Assembly: GCA_964412555.1 (NCBI GenBank)
Contig: CAYPPG010000005.1
Span: 129,819-193,818 of the forward strand
Reading direction: 5' to 3'
DNA: 64,000 nt
Origin: an uncultured bacterium
GTDB lineage: Bacteria > Hinthialibacterota > Hinthialibacteria > Hinthialibacterales > Hinthialibacteraceae
The notes beneath the pieces were generated by a model, which saw only the letters and a program-made list of their open reading frames with translations, made no database searches and was not told the DNA's origin. The translations under genes and the position numbers were made by a program. Position 1 is the stretch's first letter, and each line of letters begins with the position of its first letter. Shown piece after piece: positions 9,663 through 20,673 of this stretch.

Positions 9663-11469
9663 GACCTAAATATACATCCAATAATTGTTTTGCAAGCGGA
9701 GACGCATGTTCCCCGCCATGTCCACCATGTTCGATTAAAATTGTAATGACAATCTGAGGATTCTCGAAAGGCCCATAACATACAAACCACGCATGTGTTT
9801 TGTCGCCGGGGACCTGAGCGGTGCCTGTTTTTCCGGCTAATACGAATTCCTCATCTTTCACTCTACGGCCGGTTCCTTGATACGGCCGATTGACGACTTC
9901 GTACATCGCTTCATGAACCGTTTCCCATGTTTTGGTTGAGGCTTCAATTTCCCCGTAGGCAACCGGTTCGAATGTTTTCACTGTTTGGTTGTCGGGAGAA
10001 ACGATTTTTTGAGCCACTTGCGGATGGTATAGCGTACCTCGATTAGCAATTGCACAGATACCGGTTGAAATTTGTATCGGAGTTAAAAGAATCAGACCTT
10101 GTCCAATCGAAGCGTTGATCGTATCCCCGGGATACCATGATTCGTGTTTATCGATCATTTTCTTGGCTGGATTGGGATAAGGTTCAAATTGCTCTCCTCG
10201 TAAATCGATTCCTGTTTTCTCATTCAATCCAAAATAACTCATCCACGTAAACAAGCGCTCGATGCCGAGCTGAGAAACCGTTTTATAAAAAAATACATCG
10301 CAAGAAAGACACACGGCGTCAATCATATTGACATTTCCATGGCCTTCCCGTTTGTGGCATCGCCAACCATCTCCACCGAAAGGTTTATAAATGCCGGGAC
10401 AATATTCCGTATGATTCTTCGTATAATGAAGTTCTTCCATCAAGGCAAATACTTCGAAGACTTTCTGTACGGAGCCGGGAGGATATTTTCCGGCAATGGC
10501 GCGATTGGTCAAAGGAGCGGAAGGATCGGTAAAATATTCAACGGCATGTTGAGAAAAATCGTTGGGATCGAATCTCGGACTGGAAGCCATGGCAAGGATC
10601 GAATTATCCCGAGGATCGGCGGCGATGATCACTCCGATCGAGGCGCCCAAGATCAATTCCGCCGCTTGCTGAAGATTGGAATCGATATTTAGAATGACAT
10701 CATTGCCCGGGATCGCCGGTTTCATTTGAACGGCTTTTCCTTGTTGGATTTCGCTGTTATTGACTTTGACCCGGTTGATGCCGTCTTGCCCCCGTAGATA
10801 CTCTTCATATTTCCACTCGATTCCCCCCAATCCGATACGGTCACCGGGAGAGTAATTTTCATAGCGGGATTGTTTCAATTCTGCAGCTGATATTTCCCCT
10901 GTGCGCCCCAGAATATGAGAGGCCATCGATCCATAGCCATACCAACGAGTGGGTACTTTTTCCGTGAAGACCATCGCTTCTGCGGGAAATTCGATTTCAC
11001 GGGTTTTAATGGCGGCATATTTCTTCTTGTCCACACTTTTTGCGATGCAGACGCGGTTTTGTTTATAATATTCATCCCGCCGGTTTCTTTTGTAGGCACG
11101 CTCTAAATTTTCGTAGGATGTATCCAATATCTGCGAGAGAAGAGTGAGAGTGCTTTTCAATGGTTCTGTGACAATTCGTTTTCCTTTTCGGCTACTCTCA
11201 ATGGGAACCCAGATGTCATAATAATCGACGTCCATTGCGAGTATATTGCCATTTCGGTCTTTGATCATTCCCCGCTTGCTTGGAACGGGAATCTCGCGAA
11301 TATAGTTTCTTTCCGCTAATTTGACGAATTCGTCCTGACGGTATATCTGGATTGTCCATAATCGGAAAACGATAATGGCAAAGACCGCAGTAAATAGAAA
11401 AAGGAGCACCTTTAAGCGCAAATCGACTTTCGATGATTTGACGATCAAAATCTTTTTGCGATTGCTCAT
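9637..11469 (-). CDS. mrdA: Penicillin-binding protein 2 (elongasome transpeptidase)
   Basis: N-terminal anchor, PBP dimerisation region, SxxK (PGSVQK) and KTG (AGKTGTAQV) motifs. It sits between mreD and rodA. Confidence 0.9.
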   Translation of the reverse strand: MSNRKKILIVKSSKVDLRLKVLLFLFTAVFAIIVFRLWTIQIYRQDEFVKLAERNYIREIPVPSKRGMIKDRNGNILAMDVDYYDIWVPIESSRKGKRIVTEPLKSTLTLLSQILDTSYENLERAYKRNRRDEYYKQNRVCIAKSVDKKKYAAIKTREIEFPAEAMVFTEKVPTRWYGYGSMASHILGRTGEISAAELKQSRYENYSPGDRIGLGGIEWKYEEYLRGQDGINRVKVNNSEIQQGKAVQMKPAIPGNDVILNIDSNLQQAAELILGASIGVIIAADPRDNSILAMASSPRFDPNDFSQHAVEYFTDPSAPLTNRAIAGKYPPGSVQKVFEVFALMEELHYTKNHTEYCPGIYKPFGGDGWRCHKREGHGNVNMIDAVCLSCDVFFYKTVSQLGIERLFTWMSYFGLNEKTGIDLRGEQFEPYPNPAKKMIDKHESWYPGDTINASIGQGLILLTPIQISTGICAIANRGTLYHPQVAQKIVSPDNQTVKTFEPVAYGEIEASTKTWETVHEAMYEVVNRPYQGTGRRVKDEEFVLAGKTGTAQVPGDKTHAWFVCYGPFENPQIVITILIEHGGHGGEHASPLAKQLLDVYLGRVSLKDLV

Positions 11470-11472
11470 CCC

Positions 11473-11979
11473 TTATCTCCCCAATAACACCATTGGTTGT
11501 GAATTTCTCTGCATCATGGACTGGAATGGAGAAAAAAACAGCGGGTAAAGCATAAAACAAATTCCTGTAATGACCGCTCCCGATAACACATAGCGATAGG
11601 CCAACGTGACTGGAATGTCATATTCCAAATACGACAGCCAAAAGATCACTTCCCCGAAACGAACAAAAATGCATGCCAGGATTCCGAGCAACAATCGGGA
11701 AAGACTGAATTGCGCCCAGATCAACAAGCGTAAACGTGCAATGATCATCGTTGTGAGAACAAATAACAACGCATGCGTTCCTTGGATCTCGTAAAAGGCT
11801 CCATCCCAAAGTACACCGGCAAGAAAAGCATATAAATAGGCCTCTCCCAGTGGCCGGTTCAATGAGATATAGAGAACACTGAGTAAAAGTAAGTCAGGAC
11901 TCCATCTTCCAGGATCGAAAAGAATCCGGATCAAGAGATCGGTAAAAAATGCCGTCACGAGTATCAGCATGAATCGCAT
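11473..11979 (-). CDS. mreD: Rod shape-determining protein MreD
   Basis: 168-aa protein with 5 hydrophobic segments, located 1 nt after mreC and 3 nt before mrdA. The assignment rests mainly on synteny. Confidence 0.7.
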   Translation of the reverse strand: MRFMLILVTAFFTDLLIRILFDPGRWSPDLLLLSVLYISLNRPLGEAYLYAFLAGVLWDGAFYEIQGTHALLFVLTTMIIARLRLLIWAQFSLSRLLLGILACIFVRFGEVIFWLSYLEYDIPVTLAYRYVLSGAVITGICFMLYPLFFSPFQSMMQRNSQPMVLLGR

Positions 11980-11980
11980 A

Positions 11981-12865
11981 TTATTCCTCGGGCAAAAGGG
12001 ACACGATTTCTTGTTGGATGGCTGTACTTTTAATCACGAAAACTGCCTTGATCGTATTGAAATCGACGGCGGGGACTACAGAATACCCTTCTTCATTTGT
12101 TGCGCTGGTAATATAACCGGCCAGTAAACCGCGCTCGAACACTTTTCCGGCGCCGGATGTGAATACGGCTTGCCCCGGTTCCGGTGTTTGGGTTTCTTCC
12201 CCCATTTCCGTCAAGTACAAATCAGTCAAGAGTAAATGTTCGCTATCCTCCGTCCCCCGCAATAATCCCTCGTATGGGGTTTCTTTCACGTATACCGGAA
12301 TTGTACATCCCGGATCAGTTAACAGTTGTACCCATGCAACATGATCACGCAATCGATAGGTTCGCCCTACAAGTCCTGTACTAGTCATAACCGCTTGATT
12401 GATCGAAAGACCGGATTCTATTCCCTTATTGATGATCAACGCATTCGTCAAACGGTTGTCACGGCGGCAGACGACGGAAGGGACTGTAATATAAGGCTCT
12501 TCTCTTGGTAGATTCAGCGCTTCCCGATAATTTTCGTGTTGGCGTAGTTTATACTGAAGCTCAATGTTTTCTTTCTGTACTTTTTCCAGTTTTTCACGGA
12601 CTGCGTCCAATTCGGCTTTGGCGTGAAAATTCTCTACAAGATTGTTGATTGTACCTCGCACAAAATTGCGAACACTGTAAATTGCAGATACGGGTTTGCT
12701 GATAATGCTAGAGACATAATCGGCTGGTTGCTCCTCTTCATGAGGAGCAAATATCAACATGAGCATCAAAGCGACTATGATGAAAGTGGATCCCAACAAC
12801 TGAGGACTTAACCAGTTGTTTTTCTTACGGTTCAGAGGTGTTCTTTTTTTCCTTTTGAAAAACAT
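11981..12865 (-). CDS. mreC: Rod shape-determining protein MreC
   Basis: N-terminal TM segment, a coiled coil (ELDAVREKLEKVQKENIELQYKL), then a beta-rich domain. It is positioned between mreB and mreD. Confidence 0.8.
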   Translation of the reverse strand: MFFKRKKRTPLNRKKNNWLSPQLLGSTFIIVALMLMLIFAPHEEEQPADYVSSIISKPVSAIYSVRNFVRGTINNLVENFHAKAELDAVREKLEKVQKENIELQYKLRQHENYREALNLPREEPYITVPSVVCRRDNRLTNALIINKGIESGLSINQAVMTSTGLVGRTYRLRDHVAWVQLLTDPGCTIPVYVKETPYEGLLRGTEDSEHLLLTDLYLTEMGEETQTPEPGQAVFTSGAGKVFERGLLAGYITSATNEEGYSVVPAVDFNTIKAVFVIKSTAIQQEIVSLLPEE

Positions 12866-13177
12866 GATCTTTCTGATTGATAAAAGAGGATGTCACGGCA
12901 AAAATACCAAACTTGTGGTGCGGACATCCTGTCTGCACATTATATGCTAATTCCAAATGAAAATCATACTTTTTACCACCGTGTCAAAGAGATTGAGGAA
13001 TCCAAAAATAGAATGATTGACTGTGTTCAAATCCATTTTAACTCAAAAAACCACAATTCGTTCTTTGAATTCAACAATACGGTTTCTCTTGGGGAAATGA
13101 TGATCCCCTCAACCTCAAATTTCATACGATAGAAGAGCATTTGTCAATAGTGATTCCTCTTTTTTTCACTATTGTTT

Positions 13178-14233
<1,056 letters not shown>

Positions 14234-14459
14234 TTAAGACTTGAAATATACCCACTCAAGGGATCTCTCATAAAACGATTGGAAAAAATGTTTGTCGCTT
14301 TATATTGAATCTTGTGAATTATGAGTTGTATTCGGTTATTTGTCGATACCGCCTTTCACTGGATTGATTAATATTCGAATTCGGCGTGCTGGAATATGTC
14401 AAGCCCTTTCTACATTCCTTTGATGATTGTCACGCTGGCTTCTTACGGGTATTTCCAAA

Positions 14460-14490
14460 CGTGCCACCGGAGAAGGTGGCACGTGTTTTG
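14460..14490. other. Orphan GC-rich hairpin in the smc-mreB spacer
   Basis: CGTGCCACC-ggagaa-GGTGGCACG (9-bp stem) is followed by TGTTTTGG on the plus strand and TTTGGAAAT on the minus strand. No plus-strand gene precedes it. Confidence 0.4.
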
Positions 14491-14720
14491 GTCTTTCATC
14501 ATACCCAATTGAGCATAAGCATATTTTATCAGTTTTGTTCAATCGGATATCAATGAGTGCGATTCTCTTCTCAGCGTGTTGAATCACCCGTAGTATTCGT
14601 CCTTTTAAAACGGTTGTATTGGACCGCTCGTAAAACTCCCTAACAAAAATTATTATAATATACTCTGAAATGGTGAAACATATAACCCCGCATTGAATGA
14701 AATGTTCGTTATCCTATCCC

Positions 14721-14754
14721 AAAAAAAATCCCCAGAGTGGAGGGGACTCTGGGG
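14721..14754 (-). terminator. Intrinsic terminator of smc
   Basis: On the minus strand, CCCCAGAGT-ccctcc(c)-ACTCTGGGG is followed by A + T8. It lies 67 nt downstream of the smc stop. Confidence 0.75.
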
Positions 14755-14821
14755 GAGATATGCACGGGCGCAATTGCGCCTGTTGGAGACGAAAATTTAT
14801 CTCAATTGACTTGGTTTTTTC

Positions 14822-17800
14822 TTATACAGCCACTTCCTCCGGGATTTCTTCCACATTGGATTCAGGAGAATCCGAATCCTCGAGGAATTGTTGCATTTCA
14901 TCTATTTCCGAATCATTCGTGTTTTTGAATTGCATGGAATAAATCGAAGAAATTCCTTCTACTGCCATAGTGACGCCATATAACGCATCACACATCTCCA
15001 TCGTCTTTTTGTTGTGGGTAATGATCAAGAATTGGGAGTGTTCTAGAAATCCGTGTAGAATCTTCGTGAATCGGCCGACATTATTGTCGTCAAGGGGAGC
15101 GTCGATTTCGTCCAGCAGGCAGAAGGGGCTGGGTTTGATCTCATAAACCGCGAACAGAAGCGCGATGGCGACTAGCGCTTTTTCACCACCGGAAAGAAGG
15201 GAAATGGACTGCAATTTTTTTCCGGGCGGTTGCACTTCGATATCAATACCGGCTTCCATAGGATCCCCCTCGAGCAATATCAATTCTGCACGCCCTCCAT
15301 TGAACATTCGGCGAAACATATGGTTGAAATTTTCTTTCACTTGTTCGAATGTTTTAAGGAATAAATCCACAGTCGTGCTATGCAAGTCTTTTGTTGTGGC
15401 GATTAAATCCGCTTTGGATTTTTCCAGATCATTTTTTTGTTCTTCCAGAAAATCACACCGTTGGCGTACTTCTTCGTATTCTTCAATGGCCAGTTCGTTG
15501 ACAAGGCCAAGTTGTTCGAGCCGACGACGATAAAAGGCGGATTTTTCATTCAATTCATCATCGCTGCGTTCGTCCCGTTCCAATTCCAGGCGATTTTCTA
15601 GTTTTGAAAACGTTTCATCAAGTTGGCGGCGCCAATATTCTTCCTCGACTTGAGTTTTCATCCTTTCCTGATCAACATTGTCTTTTTCCTGGCGGATGGA
15701 TTCATATCGTTCTTGATTCTGATTCTCTTCTTCCTCTACTTTTTGAATTTCCGCACGAAGACCATGATGGATTTCTTCGCTTTCCTGCAATTCTTTCCAA
15801 AGAGAGTTTCGATCTTCTTTTAATTGGACAATTGTATTTTTGGCGTTTTCAATAGCCTGTTGGGCTTCAAAGCGCCTTTCTTCTTGTTGCTGCGCGAGAT
15901 GGCGCTTTTCTTCAATATCTTGTTTCAGTTCTTTGAGGTGTCGTGCAAGCGTCTCGATATCGGCCGACCAACGTTCTCTATCCTTGCTTTTTTCCAGGAG
16001 AAACATTCGGTTTTCAGAAAGAAAATCTTCTATTTCTTTTCGTTTTTCACGAATTTCCTGAATGGTGGATTGATATTCTTCCAATTCACTTTCGAGTTGA
16101 TCTTTTTTACGTTGATATTCTTCAATTTGTTCGGTTCGATGTTCTTCTTCACGAGAACCGGCTTCGATTGCGTTGATGAGCGTTTCTTGTTCGGTTTTAT
16201 AGGCTTGATCTGTTTGAGTCAGTCGATGCAGTTGTTTTTGAGTACGCTCCAGCTCATCCCGCAAGGCGCTTTGGCGGTTTTGCTTCTCAAGTAAAGTTTG
16301 GCGAATGGTGTCTCGTTCCGAGGCAAGGATTGAAATCTCTTTTCGGATATTTTGAACATGTTCTTCGAGACGAGAACGTTCTTTCTCAAGGGTACCGGCT
16401 ATTTCTTCCAAGCGGCTGATTTCTGTTGCCCGATTCAAGATTTGAGAGGTTGAAGAATAGCCTCCGCTGATCGATCCGTCATTTTCCAAAATTTCCCCCG
16501 ATGGAGTGACGATTTTTACTCCATGAGGGAGTGAATCGCGCAACTGCAACGCTTCTTCCAGGTTGGTGACGAGAAAAACATGGTCCAATAATCTTCTTAC
16601 ATAGGGCCGATACGTCTCATCACATTGAACATAATCCGATAGGGTTTTCCGATTTCGCAAGGTTTCAGGGATTTTTGATAATTCATCACCAAAGGGAGCG
16701 CTGACGGGAAGAAAGGAGAGCCATCCTTTTTTCTCTTCCCGTAATTTCGTGATAGCCTTCAATGCGGTTTCATCGTTCCGGGTCAAGATGGCTTGCAGTT
16801 TTCGTGACAATGCGGCTTCGATGGCTCGCTCGTATCCAGGTTCGACTTGAATGATTTCAGCGAATGTTCCTATCAGCTCGGTGGACAATTCACCTTCTTC
16901 GCGCAAGAGATACCGGACTCCTTCATCAAATCCCTCCAGTTTTTCTTGTAGCTCGCAGAGGGATTCCCAGCGGGAACGGGTTTGCTGCCAACGGCGCTCG
17001 CACGCGTTCAAACCGGTTTTGGCTGTTGACTCGGCTTCTGTGAGAGTGCTCAATCGGGATCGCGCGTTTTCCAACTGACTTTGAAGTTCGAGAACACTCG
17101 CGTCGACTTCGGAAAGCTCTTGTGTCAATGTGTTGAGTTTTTCATTGTGAGCCGTAATGTCCTTCGAGATATATTCTTGCTCACTTTTGACTTGTTCCAA
17201 CCGGCTGATGTAATGTTCTTTTTCGCGTTCCCATAATCGCTGCTGGTTTTTTCGTTCTGTGATTTGGTGCTCGATATCCAAAAAAGTGCGTTGCTTTTCT
17301 TGCCCTTCATTTTCGATAAGGGTTGCTTGCTCGACCACCTGAGTCAAAGATTCATTGTGTTGTTCAATCGTCTTTTTGAGGGCTTCGATTTCCTCCGTCA
17401 GTTGTTTTACTTGCTTTTCCGCTTCAAGGATTCGTTGTTGTTCTTCTTCAGTTCTTTTTAAATCGGCTTCGCATTCTTCGAGAAGACGTGTTTGAAGTTG
17501 AGCATATTCGGCACTGCGTTCGTTGAGCGAGTTCAAATGCTGTTCCATTTGTTCAAGCCGTGCCGTGGTGGTGGAATAGGAATCTCTTTTGGTTCTGTTG
17601 ATCGATTCCTGCTCTTGTATTTTTGCATTCAATGCGTTTTTTCGTTCTCGAATTTCTTGAAGCTGGCCTTGGTAGGTGTCGATTTGCGCTTGTAATCCGT
17701 TTAGACGTGAGTTGTTTTTTTCCAGCTTTTCATGTAATTCTTTGCCACGGCGGGCGTGAAGGATATAATCGACTTCCCGTAAATTCCTTCGATACTTTTT

Positions 17801-18445
17801 GGCTAATTCAGCCTGTTTTGCTTGGCGTTCCAAAGATCGTTTTTGCCTTTGCAATTCACTTAGAATATCGACGATTCTAGTCAAATCCGTATCGGTTCGT
17901 TCCAATTTGCGAAGTGCCTCGGTTTTGCGATTCAGAAAGCGTGCAACTCCAGCTGCTTCTTCCAGAATTTCGCGGCGATTGATGGGTTTGGCATTGACGA
18001 TCATATCGACACGCCCTTGTTCCATCATTGAATAAGCATTGGTTCCGATACCGGAATCCAGAAATAGGTCCGTGACATCTTTCATCCGGCATTTGGTTCG
18101 ATTGATTAGATATTCGCTTTCCCCGCTACGATGCAAGCGACGGCTGATCAAAACCTCCCGGTACGAAATCGGAAGAGTGCCATTTTCATTGTCGAATAAA
18201 AGAGATACTTCTGCGAAACCCGAGGCCGGACGATTGGCGGAACCGTTGAAAATCATATCCTGCATGACGCCGCCTCGAAGCCGTCTTGGATTGTGTTCGC
18301 CAATTACCCACCGAATGGCATCCGATAGATTGGATTTTCCACATCCGTTTGGACCGATGATGCCTGTAACGCCTCTTTCAAATTTAATTTCGACTTTATT
18401 GGCAAATGATTTGAATCCGGAGATCGTGAGTTTTTTTAGAAGCAT
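14822..18445 (-). CDS. smc: Chromosome partition protein Smc
   Basis: 1207 aa. Walker [10 protein letters not shown], long heptad-rich arms, hinge ([10 protein letters not shown]), ABC signature [16 protein letters not shown] and Walker [13 protein letters not shown]. Confidence 0.95.
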   Translation of the reverse strand: MLLKKLTISGFKSFANKVEIKFERGVTGIIGPNGCGKSNLSDAIRWVIGEHNPRRLRGGVMQDMIFNGSANRPASGFAEVSLLFDNENGTLPISYREVLISRRLHRSGESEYLINRTKCRMKDVTDLFLDSGIGTNAYSMMEQGRVDMIVNAKPINRREILEEAAGVARFLNRKTEALRKLERTDTDLTRIVDILSELQRQKRSLERQAKQAELAKKYRRNLREVDYILHARRGKELHEKLEKNNSRLNGLQAQIDTYQGQLQEIRERKNALNAKIQEQESINRTKRDSYSTTTARLEQMEQHLNSLNERSAEYAQLQTRLLEECEADLKRTEEEQQRILEAEKQVKQLTEEIEALKKTIEQHNESLTQVVEQATLIENEGQEKQRTFLDIEHQITERKNQQRLWEREKEHYISRLEQVKSEQEYISKDITAHNEKLNTLTQELSEVDASVLELQSQLENARSRLSTLTEAESTAKTGLNACERRWQQTRSRWESLCELQEKLEGFDEGVRYLLREEGELSTELIGTFAEIIQVEPGYERAIEAALSRKLQAILTRNDETALKAITKLREEKKGWLSFLPVSAPFGDELSKIPETLRNRKTLSDYVQCDETYRPYVRRLLDHVFLVTNLEEALQLRDSLPHGVKIVTPSGEILENDGSISGGYSSTSQILNRATEISRLEEIAGTLEKERSRLEEHVQNIRKEISILASERDTIRQTLLEKQNRQSALRDELERTQKQLHRLTQTDQAYKTEQETLINAIEAGSREEEHRTEQIEEYQRKKDQLESELEEYQSTIQEIREKRKEIEDFLSENRMFLLEKSKDRERWSADIETLARHLKELKQDIEEKRHLAQQQEERRFEAQQAIENAKNTIVQLKEDRNSLWKELQESEEIHHGLRAEIQKVEEEENQNQERYESIRQEKDNVDQERMKTQVEEEYWRRQLDETFSKLENRLELERDERSDDELNEKSAFYRRRLEQLGLVNELAIEEYEEVRQRCDFLEEQKNDLEKSKADLIATTKDLHSTTVDLFLKTFEQVKENFNHMFRRMFNGGRAELILLEGDPMEAGIDIEVQPPGKKLQSISLLSGGEKALVAIALLFAVYEIKPSPFCLLDEIDAPLDDNNVGRFTKILHGFLEHSQFLIITHNKKTMEMCDALYGVTMAVEGISSIYSMQFKNTNDSEIDEMQQFLEDSDSPESNVEEIPEEVAV

Positions 18446-18685
18446 AACGTTCCCTCAACTCTTCTACGGGGAGAGTGCATTATCGATAACTTATGGAATC
18501 CCCTGAACTTGAAGAAGTTCGTGCATATCTTTTTGAAATTCAATATAGACAAAAGACGCTATCTGCAAATGTTGAATACCATTTGATTTCACCACAAGAT
18601 ATTGTATGATCCATTTTGTGGCAACACGAGCAAAACTATAATGAGATTTGGGGAATCTGTCAATAGGGAACACAATAAAAAGTAT

Positions 18686-18785
18686 ATATCCACAATTCAT
18701 CCACAACATATAGTGTTAAATTACACTTAGTTTAATTGTTGAATTTGAAGCACTTACACTTTTTTCTCTCCACAATATATCCACA
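18686..18785 (+). promoter_or_regulatory. Two pairs of 11-bp-phased (A/T)TCCACA boxes flanking an AT-rich 60-mer (DnaA-box-like or response-regulator-site-like)
   Basis: ATATCCACA at 18686-94, TCATCCACA at 18697-705, CTCTCCACA at 18766-74 and ATATCCACA at 18777-85, all in the same orientation. Three of the four match TTATCCACA at 8/9. Confidence 0.4.
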
Positions 18786-18788
18786 AAC

Positions 18789-18835
18789 AAAAAAAAAGGC
18801 CGCTGAGATGAAAAAGAGGGTTTCAAAACAGCGGC
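18789..18835 (-). terminator. Possible terminator of the sigma-factor gene
   Basis: On the minus strand, GCCGCTG-(23-nt loop)-CAGCGGC is followed by C + T9. It lies about 130 nt after the stop at 18966. The large loop lowers confidence. Confidence 0.4.
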
Positions 18836-18965
18836 TGGGGAGGTATATGAAGATTGAACTTATTTTCGCTTATTTTATAGACTGACTTTATTCCGTTCTT
18901 TTTTGCAAGTGATGATTATTCTATGACTACATCTTTTATTGATACGAAAAAAGCTTGATTGTATT

Positions 18966-19796
18966 TCAACCCTGGGTGAATGCATACAATAATGAATTCT
19001 GATCCGGACAACGTAATTTGTTGATTGCCTGGGCTTGGATTTGCCTTACGCCTTCGGCGGAAAGACCAAGAAGCCTACCAGCTTGGCGTAAGCTGACTGG
19101 TTCGGCATGATCGTCCAGCCCAAATCGACACCGAAGAACATCTTGTTCTTTTTGTGTCAGTTGTTTGAACGTTTGTGCAACTCTTTTTTTCAATTCACTC
19201 AACCACAATTCTCTTCGTAAAGATTCTGCCACATCGATTTCAAGACGATCTTCCATACTTTGTCCGTCTTCGTCTTCCGTGTGAATAGAAAGGGTCGTGG
19301 TTCCCAAGTTGTAAACATATTCGACTTTTTGTTCTTCTAAACCGATTGCATCGGCGATTTCCTTATAATTTGGATTTCTACCTTTTATTTTGATAAATCC
19401 GTATTCGAAGTTTTTAATCTTCTTGAGAATACTCACTTTATTGATCGGAATTGTAACCGTTCTAGATTTCTGTTCGATTGCCCTTTGCATATAGAGCCGA
19501 ATCCACCAAGCCGCGTACGAAATCAAACGGCATTTTCTTGCGGGATCATAGCGATCAATCGCTTCGATCAATCCCAGATTTCCCTCTTGAATGAGATCAG
19601 CTACCGGAATTCCTTGATTTCGAAAACTCAAAGCAAGCCGTACCACGAATCGTTGATTGGCTTCTACCAAACGCTGCCGGGCCGCTTTATTTCCTTTCTT
19701 CACTTTTTTGAGTAGTTTATACTCTTCATCTGCTTTCAGTGGTTTATGATTTATTCCCTTCAGATGCCTTTTAATAGAAATTCGTTCGCAAGACAT
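18966..19796 (-). CDS. RNA polymerase sigma factor, sigma-70 family (regions 2, 3 and 4 present)
   Basis: Region 2 is DLIQEGNLGLIEAIDRYD...AAWWIRLYMQRAI and region 4.2 is VSLRQAGRLLGLSAEGVRQIQAQAINKLR. I chose the ATG at 19794-19796 because of SD GGAGGA 7 nt upstream. The track ORF extends to 19868. Confidence 0.85.
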   Translation of the reverse strand: MSCERISIKRHLKGINHKPLKADEEYKLLKKVKKGNKAARQRLVEANQRFVVRLALSFRNQGIPVADLIQEGNLGLIEAIDRYDPARKCRLISYAAWWIRLYMQRAIEQKSRTVTIPINKVSILKKIKNFEYGFIKIKGRNPNYKEIADAIGLEEQKVEYVYNLGTTTLSIHTEDEDGQSMEDRLEIDVAESLRRELWLSELKKRVAQTFKQLTQKEQDVLRCRFGLDDHAEPVSLRQAGRLLGLSAEGVRQIQAQAINKLRCPDQNSLLYAFTQG

Positions 19797-20124
19797 CTCC
19801 CCGTCCTCCGTTTCTATCATCTTTTCCCATAAAAAAATCGGGAAGCATATTGATGCTGAAATCGCCAAGAAGCCCTATAGACTTGGCGGCAAATAATCCA
19901 CAAATCTTCAAAACATCACAATCCCATATGTTGATTACACTTCTATAGTGTCAAAGTGAGTCAAAAGTTGGATATTTTGAAAGAAAAAAAAGAGATGATT
20001 TGCTGCTGAGAGAGAAATTTTGGGAAATTTGATGGATTTCTTCTTGACTTCCACCCTATCAATTCAATTAGAATCGGTGAAAAATAGAACAAACTTAATC
20101 GAAGATGAGCAGCGAGATGAAAAT

Positions 20125-20673
20125 ATGAAACGAATTCCATTGAAACGAATCCATTCGTTCACGTTGATTGAATTATTGATTGTCGTTGCCATAATCGGGA
20201 TTCTCGCGGCGATTGCAGTCCCGAATTTCACCCGTGCCCGGATGCAGGCACTTTTAACGCAAATCATTCGGGATATGCGAACCTTGGACAGTCAGATTCA
20301 TATTTACGAACTTGACCATGGACGCCCACCCATTTCCGATTATGTGAAAGGGAAAAACAGCCTTTTGGCTCTGACGACGCCGGTTGCTTATATGAATGCC
20401 ATTCCTTATGATCCGCATCGCCGTAACGAAGAAATCGGTATTCAGCGTGGATTTTATTTCAATTATTGGTACAACGAAGAAGATCCGAGCGGACGATACA
20501 ATACGGGAGGAACTCAATGGCATAACCAGGGGTGGAGAATTTATATGTTATCGGTCGGTATGGATCATGATATCGATTGGATTACCTATCATCCCAGCAA
20601 TGGTCTTGCCACAAACGGAGATATTCGTTACTTTTCCCCCAAGCGATTGTCGGATTGGCAAGATTCGTTATAA
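20125..20673 (+). CDS. Prepilin-type N-terminal cleavage/methylation domain protein (GspG/PulG-like pseudopilin), orphan
   Basis: Starts MKRIPLKRIHS-FTLIELLIVVAIIGILAAIAVPNF from the ATG at 20125 (the track starts at an upstream TTG). Its stop overlaps the convergent GGDEF gene by 6 nt. Confidence 0.8.
   Translation: MKRIPLKRIHSFTLIELLIVVAIIGILAAIAVPNFTRARMQALLTQIIRDMRTLDSQIHIYELDHGRPPISDYVKGKNSLLALTTPVAYMNAIPYDPHRRNEEIGIQRGFYFNYWYNEEDPSGRYNTGGTQWHNQGWRIYMLSVGMDHDIDWITYHPSNGLATNGDIRYFSPKRLSDWQDSL

Noticed and set aside
14822-18445. The SMC-like protein as a Wadjet JetC-type or other SMC-family defence ATPase.
   Set aside because: It has the canonical Smc head motifs, hinge and length. There are no jetA/B/D-like or nuclease neighbours, and it sits in a housekeeping block. 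The many plus-strand ORFs inside it (15165-18506) are repetitive shadow frames of the coiled-coil codons.
18491-18709. 72-aa minus-strand ORF between smc and the sigma-factor gene.
   Set aside because: Its first codons are simply the reverse complement of the ATCCACA boxes (MLWMNCGY…). It has no SD and no recognisable family. I treat the region as regulatory DNA.
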